NCBI GenBank assembly: GCA_050259835.1
Contig: JBLNBJ010000212.1
Location: 5,772-69,771, forward strand
From: Ignavibacteria bacterium
GTDB taxonomy: Bacteria > Pseudomonadota > Gammaproteobacteria > Burkholderiales > Rhodocyclaceae
Direction of reading: 5' to 3'
Length of the DNA: 64,000 bases
In this document: positions 58,671 through 64,000 of the stretch, one piece after another
Numbering within the stretch: the stretch's first letter is position 1
Layout: every line of letters begins with the position of its first letter
Notes under the pieces: model-generated
What the model saw: the letters and a program-made list of their open reading frames with translations, nothing else
Databases searched by the model: none
Told to the model about the DNA's origin: nothing
Made by a program: the position numbers and the translations under genes

Positions 58671-60710
58671 TCAAGCGGCCGGGCTGACGCGATAGCGGCG
58701 GACCTCGTCCTGCAGGCCCATGGCCAGTCGCTCGAGTTTCTGCGCGGTGGTCGCGGTCTGGGCGATCGCCGTGTGGCTTTCGTCGGCCATCTGCGCGATG
58801 CGTTCCACGTTGGCCGCGATCTCGTTGCTGGCCGCGCCTTGCTCGCCGAGCGCGCGCGAAATCTCGTTGATGGAGTCGACGACCCGGGCCGTGCCCGCCC
58901 GGACCTTCTCCATGGCGGCACCGGCGGACTGTGCCAGTTCGACCCCGCCGGCCACTCGCGTCACGCCGTCCTGCATGCTCGCGACCGCGTCGGCCGTGCC
59001 GCTCTGGATTGCCGCGATCATGGTCGAAATGTCGTGCGTCGAGCTGCTGGTGCGCTCAGCCAGCTTGCGCACTTCGTCGGCGACGACCGCGAAGCCGCGA
59101 CCCTGTTCGCCGGCGCGTGCCGCCTCGATGGCCGCATTCAGGGCAAGCAGGTTGGTCTGGTCGGCGATCTCCCGGATCACGTTGACGATCGCCGAAATGC
59201 TGTCGGACTGTTGCCCGAGCTCTTCGATAAGCTGCGCTGCCTGCTTCACCGTGGTGGAAATCCCTCGCATCTCCTCCACCGTGCGGTTGACGATCTCGCT
59301 GCCCTGGTCCGACAGCCGGCCGGCCTCGGACGACATCGCCTGCGCGTCGCGGGCGAAGTCCGCGATGTGGTTGATGCCGACCGTCGACTGCTCGATGGCC
59401 GCCGCCATCGACGCGGCCGCCTCGCTCTGCCTCTGCGAGCCTTCGTTGATGCGGGACGACGAATCCGCCATCTGGGAAGCGGCGGAAGAAACCTCGCCGG
59501 CGCTCGCCTGGATCTTGCCGATGAGCCCGGCGAGCGCGACGGCCATCGCGTTGAAGCCCTCGCCGGCGCGCGTCAGTTCGTCGCGGCTGTCGACCACGAG
59601 GCGGGTCGTCAGATCGCCGGCGGCGATGCGGGCTGCGCTGCCGGAAAGCTTCTGCACGCCGTCGAGCGTCGCGAGGTAGAACCCGACGGACAGGTAGGCG
59701 AAGGCCAGCACCAGCGCTGCCGCGATGCCGAGGTTGAGATAGAGCGTCGCCTCGTGGCGCGACACCCGGTCGCCGATCAGCCGCTCGATGGTCGGAAACA
59801 CGGACCGCGCCAGTTCGCCGTAGCCGCTTTCGGTGGCGCCGCTCGCCTTGGCGAGGAAGGATGCAGGCGTCGACTGAAGGTTGCCCGAGACGATCTCGTT
59901 CTCGACGACGGCGACAACCTCGTCGGTGTGGCCGGAGAACTTCTGCTGGAAGTCCTCGAGCTGAGGCTTGATGGCCTCGTTGTAGCGCCCCGAACGGGTG
60001 ATACCGGACAGCAGCTCCGCCCTCATCTTGTCGAGCCCGCCGAGATCGCGCGTGAAGTCGCCGCGCACGGTTTCCGTCACGGCGCCGCCGCGGGTCAGCA
60101 CGCTGATTCCCGCCGCACCGAGCTTGCCGAGGCGCTCGAGAATGTCGGGCATCGTCGCGGTGGCGGTGCCGACGAGGTAATAGGAATCGAGCGACGGATC
60201 GACGACCAGCCCGCTGGCGTCGGCAACGCTGTTGTTCAGTTGCAGCGCATGCTCGATCAGCGCGTTGTGCGCATTGAGGCTCGCCATGCCGGTCAGGTCG
60301 CTCCACTCGCCGGCGAGATCGGACCATTCCTTCTTGACGGCTTGCCACTCCTCGGCGATGCCGAATGCTGCGCCGTGGGCGTCGAGTGCGTCGTCTACGG
60401 CTTTCAGCGCTGCGGCCAGCTGCGTTTCCTGCGCCGGAATCTTGTCCTTGACCTCCGCGTTGCCGGCCGCGATGCTCGCCGCCAGCATGCGATGCTGCTG
60501 CAGCGCGTGGATGGCGACCAGCAGCGGCTTGGCGACTTCGATGCCGGCGAGCTCGCGCCGGCCGCGTTCGATCTCGCCGCGCTGGTTGGCGATCATGCTC
60601 AACAGCAGGAATCCGACGGCCACGGCACTCACCAGGCCGATGAGCGCAAACTTGTACGAATACCTGAGCCGCTTCATCAGCGCGGCCGCGGGCGCGAAAA
60701 ACGTCAGCAT
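58671..60710 (-). CDS. Methyl-accepting chemotaxis protein with a large (about 290-aa) helical periplasmic sensor domain
   Basis: GGAGGAG RBS. Two TM segments, a HAMP domain, and the highly conserved signalling hairpin '[40 protein letters not shown]'. Confidence 0.9.
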   Translation of the reverse strand: MLTFFAPAAALMKRLRYSYKFALIGLVSAVAVGFLLLSMIANQRGEIERGRRELAGIEVAKPLLVAIHALQQHRMLAASIAAGNAEVKDKIPAQETQLAAALKAVDDALDAHGAAFGIAEEWQAVKKEWSDLAGEWSDLTGMASLNAHNALIEHALQLNNSVADASGLVVDPSLDSYYLVGTATATMPDILERLGKLGAAGISVLTRGGAVTETVRGDFTRDLGGLDKMRAELLSGITRSGRYNEAIKPQLEDFQQKFSGHTDEVVAVVENEIVSGNLQSTPASFLAKASGATESGYGELARSVFPTIERLIGDRVSRHEATLYLNLGIAAALVLAFAYLSVGFYLATLDGVQKLSGSAARIAAGDLTTRLVVDSRDELTRAGEGFNAMAVALAGLIGKIQASAGEVSSAASQMADSSSRINEGSQRQSEAAASMAAAIEQSTVGINHIADFARDAQAMSSEAGRLSDQGSEIVNRTVEEMRGISTTVKQAAQLIEELGQQSDSISAIVNVIREIADQTNLLALNAAIEAARAGEQGRGFAVVADEVRKLAERTSSSTHDISTMIAAIQSGTADAVASMQDGVTRVAGGVELAQSAGAAMEKVRAGTARVVDSINEISRALGEQGAASNEIAANVERIAQMADESHTAIAQTATTAQKLERLAMGLQDEVRRYRVSPAA

Positions 60711-61058
60711 CTCATCTCCTCCATCCCTCTGGTTCTTCTTTTATGTCCGACGGCTTTGCCGCCGGTTGCGGCCCGGAAAGGGGCGCTACTGCTCTTGTCG
60801 AGTCAGCATGTTGAGACAAGGCATCAGAGGCCGATATATCGGATTTCCGCAATAGCGGTTGCGGGATGCAAAAAGCCGTCCCATAATGCGCAATGCGCGC
60901 CGTCGGTTTGACTCGGTGGTGCGGCGCCGCGAACATGAGCTAAAAAGAGGAGGGTTCTCCTCGACCAAGCCCCGGCTCCGGTCAGGGTTGTCGTCGGAAG
61001 TTAACGCTGTCACCGCGCGGACGAGGAACACTAGAATCGTCTGCAAAGGAGGATGGAT

Positions 61059-61637
61059 ATGTTCCAAGTCCGCATACACGGCCGCGGCGGCCAAGGCGTC
61101 GTCACCGCTGCCGAAATGCTCTCCATCGCCGCGTTCGAGGAAGGCCGCCATGCGCAGGCCTTCCCCAGCTTCGGCTCCGAACGCACCGGCGCTCCCGTCA
61201 TCGCCTTCTGCCGCATCGCCGATCAGGAGATCCGGCTGCGCGAGCCGATCATGGAGCCCGACGCCCTGATCATCCAGGACCCGACGCTGCTGCACCAGGT
61301 CGACGTCTTCTCGGGCCTCAAGCGCGACGGCTACGTGCTGATCAACACCAGCAAGAGCTTCGAGGAACTGGGGCTCGGCGACTTTCTCAAGGACCGCGAC
61401 CCGCGGCGCCTTTGCACCGTTCCCGCCACCGACATCGCGATGAAGTGCGTCGGCCGGCCGGTGCCCAACGTGCCGCTGCTCGGCGGCTTCGCCGCGGTGT
61501 CCAGGCTGCTGAAGCTCGAGTCCGTCATCAAGGCGATCCACGACAAGTTTTCCGGCAAGGTGGCGGATGGCAACGTCGCCGCCGCGACCGAGGCCTACAA
61601 GGCCGTGCTGCGCGAGATGGAGGCGGCCCATGCTTAA
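61059..61637 (+). CDS. porG: Pyruvate/2-oxoacid:ferredoxin oxidoreductase, gamma subunit
   Basis: 'MFQVRIHGRGGQGVVTAAEML'. AAGGAGG ends 6 nt before ATG 61059; the track start 61053 abuts the RBS. Confidence 0.85.
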   Translation: MFQVRIHGRGGQGVVTAAEMLSIAAFEEGRHAQAFPSFGSERTGAPVIAFCRIADQEIRLREPIMEPDALIIQDPTLLHQVDVFSGLKRDGYVLINTSKSFEELGLGDFLKDRDPRRLCTVPATDIAMKCVGRPVPNVPLLGGFAAVSRLLKLESVIKAIHDKFSGKVADGNVAAATEAYKAVLREMEAAHA

Positions 61638-62883
61638 ACAGACCGAAGGTTCACATGCCGTTGCGGAAGCCGTTGCGCTCTGCCGGCCGGAAGTCATCTG
61701 TGCCTACCCGATCTCGCCGCAGACCCACATCGTAGAAGGACTCGGCGAACTGGTGAAGAGCGGGGAATTGCAGAACTGCGAGTTCATCAACGTCGAATCC
61801 GAGTTTGCCGCCATGTCGGTGGCGATCGGCTCCTCGGCCGCCGGCGCGCGCACCTACACCGCGACGGCGTCGCAAGGCCTGCTGTTCATGGCCGAAGCGG
61901 TGTACAACGCTTCCGGCCTCGGCCTGCCGATCGTGATGACGGTTGCCAACCGCGCCATCGGCGCCCCGATCAACATCTGGAACGACCATACCGACGCGCT
62001 GTCGCAGCGCGACTCAGGCTGGATCCAGCTGTTCGCAGAGACCAACCAGGAAGCGCTCGACCTGCACATCCAGGCCTTCCGGCTCGGGGAGGAGCTCTCC
62101 CTGCCCGTCATGGTGTGCATGGACGGCTTCATCCTGACCCACGCCTACGAGCGCGTCGACATGCCGAGTCAGGAGCAGGTCGACGCCTACCTGCCACCCT
62201 ACGAGCCCCGCCAGGTGCTGGACGTGAATTCGCCGGTCTCGATCGGCGCCATGGTGGGCCCCGAAGCCTTCATGGAGGTGCGCTACCTCGCGCACGCCAA
62301 GCAGATGCAGGCGCTCGAGCGCATCCCTGCCTACGCGGCGGAGTTCAAGGACATCTTCGGCCGCGACTCCGGCGGCTTGTGCCACTGCTACAAGTGCGAC
62401 GACGCCGACACCATCGTCGTCGCCATGGGCTCGGTGCTGGGCACGATCAAGGACACCGTGGACGAGATGCGCGCGGCGGGCCACAAGATCGGTGTGCTCG
62501 GCATCACCCTGTTCCGTCCGTTCCCGATCAACCAGGTGCGCGCCGCGCTGCATGGCGCGAAGCGCGTGGTGGTGCTCGAGAAGAGCCTCGCGGTCGGCCT
62601 CGGCGGCATTGTCTCGACCAATGTGCGCATGGCGCTTTCGGCGCTTCCGATCGACGTTTATACGGTAGTCGCGGGCCTCGGCGGCCGCCCGATCACCATG
62701 AAGTCGCTGCATGCGCTGTTCCGCAAGGCCGAGAAGGACGACCTCGATCCGGTCACCTTCCTCGACCTCAACAAGGAGGTCGTCGAGAAGCAACTGGCGC
62801 GCGAGAAGCAGATGCGGCGCTCCGGCCCGATCGCCGAAAACCTGCTGCGCGACGTCGGCCTCGTCGCCGCGAAGATCGCCTGA
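61630..62883 (+). CDS. porA: Pyruvate/2-oxoacid:ferredoxin oxidoreductase, alpha subunit
   Basis: ATG 61630 (MLKQTEGSHAVAEAVALCRPEVICAYPISPQT) overlaps the gamma subunit gene by 8 nt. 'ESEFAAMSVAIGSSAAGARTYTATASQGL'. Confidence 0.9.
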   Translation: MLKQTEGSHAVAEAVALCRPEVICAYPISPQTHIVEGLGELVKSGELQNCEFINVESEFAAMSVAIGSSAAGARTYTATASQGLLFMAEAVYNASGLGLPIVMTVANRAIGAPINIWNDHTDALSQRDSGWIQLFAETNQEALDLHIQAFRLGEELSLPVMVCMDGFILTHAYERVDMPSQEQVDAYLPPYEPRQVLDVNSPVSIGAMVGPEAFMEVRYLAHAKQMQALERIPAYAAEFKDIFGRDSGGLCHCYKCDDADTIVVAMGSVLGTIKDTVDEMRAAGHKIGVLGITLFRPFPINQVRAALHGAKRVVVLEKSLAVGLGGIVSTNVRMALSALPIDVYTVVAGLGGRPITMKSLHALFRKAEKDDLDPVTFLDLNKEVVEKQLAREKQMRRSGPIAENLLRDVGLVAAKIA

Positions 62884-62892
62884 GGAGCAGAT

Positions 62893-62973
62893 ATGGTCCC
62901 CCACGCTCACATTCGTTCGCTGCCTCCCACGGGGGGGCGCACGCCCCTTCGGGGCGGCCCTTCGGAGGCGTAA
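62893..62973 (+). repeat. Intergenic element between porA and porB: REP-like hairpin sequence that also reads as a 26-codon sORF
   Basis: GGAG lies 5 nt before ATG 62893. The sORF (MVPHAHIRSLPPTGGRTPLRGGPSEA) ends 2 nt before the porB ATG. It contains GCCCC-ttcg-GGGC hairpins. Its first 19 nt recur (16/19) at 63978. Confidence 0.4.
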
Positions 62974-62975
62974 TC

Positions 62976-63974
62976 ATGCCCTTCCAACCCGTCAAGTTCT
63001 ACCAGACCGGCACCTTCACCGTCGGCAACCGCCTGCTGGCGCCCGAAGAACGCAGCGTGCAGGCTTCCCAGAAACGCTACAACTCGCTCAACTCCGGCCA
63101 CCGCGCCTGCCAGGGCTGCGGCGAGGCGCTCGGCGCCCGCTATGCGGTGGACGCCGCGATGGAAGCCACGCACGGCAACCTGATCGCCGCCAACGCCACC
63201 GGCTGCCTAGAGGTGTTCTCGACGCCTTATCCCGAAACCTCCTGGCAGATCCCGTGGGTGCATTCGCTGTTCGGCAATACCGCCGCCGTCGCCACCGGCA
63301 TAGCCGCTGCGCTCAAGGTGAAAGGCAAGAAGGAGGTGCGCGTGCTGGCCCAGGGCGGCGACGGCGGCACCACCGACATCGGCTTCGGCTGTCTCTCGGG
63401 CATGTTCGAGCGCAACGACGACGTGCTCTACATCTGCTACGACAACGGCGGCTACATGAACACCGGCATCCAGCGCTCGTCGGCCACGCCGCCGGCGGCG
63501 CGCACGGCTACCACCATGGCTGTCGGCGACGAGCCCGGCAATCCTTTTGGGCAGGGCAAATTCCTGCCCGCCATCGCCATGGCGCACGAGATTCCCTACG
63601 TCGCCACCGCCACCGTGGCGGACCTGCGCGACCTTGAAGCCAAGGTGCGCCGCGCGATGGAGGTGCACGGCGCGCGCTACATCCACATCCTCGTGCCTTG
63701 CCCGCTCGGCTGGGGCACGCAATCGAACGAGACCATCAAGATGGCGCGGCTCGCCAAGGAGACCGGGTTCTTCCCGGTGTTCGCCGCGGAGCATGGCGAG
63801 ATCGTCAGCCGCCTGCAGATCCGCAAGAAGCTTCCCGTCGAGGAATTCCTGCGGCCCCAGAAGCGCTATGCGCACCTGTTCGGCAAGACGCCGCGCATCG
63901 ACGTGATTGCCCGCCTGCAGGCGATGGCCGACCGCAACATCCGCAAGTACGGCCTGCTGGCGGAGGAGCACTGA
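62976..63974 (+). CDS. porB: Pyruvate/2-oxoacid:ferredoxin oxidoreductase, beta subunit (TPP-binding)
   Basis: GGAGG RBS. 'GHRACQGCGE', 'GGDGGTTDIGFG' (TPP motif) and 'CYDNGGYMNTGIQ'. Confidence 0.9.
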   Translation: MPFQPVKFYQTGTFTVGNRLLAPEERSVQASQKRYNSLNSGHRACQGCGEALGARYAVDAAMEATHGNLIAANATGCLEVFSTPYPETSWQIPWVHSLFGNTAAVATGIAAALKVKGKKEVRVLAQGGDGGTTDIGFGCLSGMFERNDDVLYICYDNGGYMNTGIQRSSATPPAARTATTMAVGDEPGNPFGQGKFLPAIAMAHEIPYVATATVADLRDLEAKVRRAMEVHGARYIHILVPCPLGWGTQSNETIKMARLAKETGFFPVFAAEHGEIVSRLQIRKKLPVEEFLRPQKRYAHLFGKTPRIDVIARLQAMADRNIRKYGLLAEEH

Positions 63975-63977
63975 GAA

Positions 63978-64000
63978 ATGGCCCTCCACGCTCGCAACAT
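63978..64000 (+). repeat. Second copy of the ATGGyCCyCCACGCTCrCA element, truncated by the window end
   Basis: atggccctccacgctcgca versus atggtcccccacgctcaca at 62893. It starts 3 nt after the porB stop. Confidence 0.35.

Noticed and set aside
60800-60885. GEMM-I-like fragments (ACAAGGCA ... GGGATGCAAAAAGCC) and the palindrome CCGATATATCGG in the MCP/por intergenic region
   Set aside because: The spacing between the two half-motifs is about 39 nt. There is no GNRA tetraloop or receptor hairpin, and the conserved bases are only partly matched. Best treated as chance until a covariance-model scan says otherwise.
58621-60900. Shared AATGCGCAAT strings flanking the MCP gene (near 58652 and 60885) and the GCATTG-N15-CAATGC inverted repeat upstream of aceE
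   Set aside because: These are short motifs with no clear symmetry (not a PdhR-type AATTGGT..ACCAATT site). With two copies only, I cannot separate them from chance.
62893-62973. The 26-codon sORF as the missing delta (ferredoxin) subunit of the oxidoreductase
   Set aside because: It contains no cysteines and is far too short for a 2x[4Fe-4S] PorD. It is kept only as a repeat/sORF curiosity.
63978-64000. Start of a further gene after porB (ATGGCCCTCCACGCTCGCAAC...)
   Set aside because: Only 23 nt are visible and there is no obvious RBS (3 nt after the porB stop). It cannot be called as a CDS and is reported only as a repeat copy.

Overview
High-GC (about 65-70% by eye) chromosomal segment. 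Gene content and order suggest a betaproteobacterium, possibly Rhodocyclales-like; that taxonomic call is inference only. The window is densely coding. Many long track ORFs are alternative-frame or antisense read-throughs caused by the scarcity of stop codons. The track also prints M for GTG/TTG starts, so I re-derived starts from the DNA.

Core housekeeping blocks:
- rplU-rpmA-obg-proB and ispB, with tRNA-Pro(CGG) nearby
- kdsD-kdsC-lptC-lptA
- aceE-aceF-lpdA
- maeB and pckG, rpiA, yggX
- a three-subunit pyruvate/2-oxoacid:ferredoxin oxidoreductase

Accessory and signalling content between these blocks:
1. A 1095-aa metallophosphoesterase-STAND NTPase-TPR protein sits alone between lpdA and rpiA, with locally lower GC. 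It is my best candidate for a new Avs/NLR-like defence or sensor system.
2. A kaiB-like gene is translationally coupled to a PAS3-GGDEF-EAL gene. Both lie inside a split lutA-lutB...lutC lactate-utilisation cluster.
3. A three-gene operon encodes a degenerate EAL, a PilZ protein and an HD-GYP protein. A paralogous degenerate EAL domain elsewhere is fused to a hemerythrin domain.
4. A 10-gene MSHA-like type IV filament cluster has a rearranged gene order, paralogous Cys-containing pseudopilins, and an ATPase with MshEN-like c-di-GMP motifs.
5. A PP0621-pilS-pilR-ampD block.
6. A histone-H1-like KKPAAK-repeat protein follows a 520-nt non-coding region.

No CRISPR array, rRNA, transposase or integrase was seen. 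All family calls rest on motifs read by eye and need HMM or structure confirmation.
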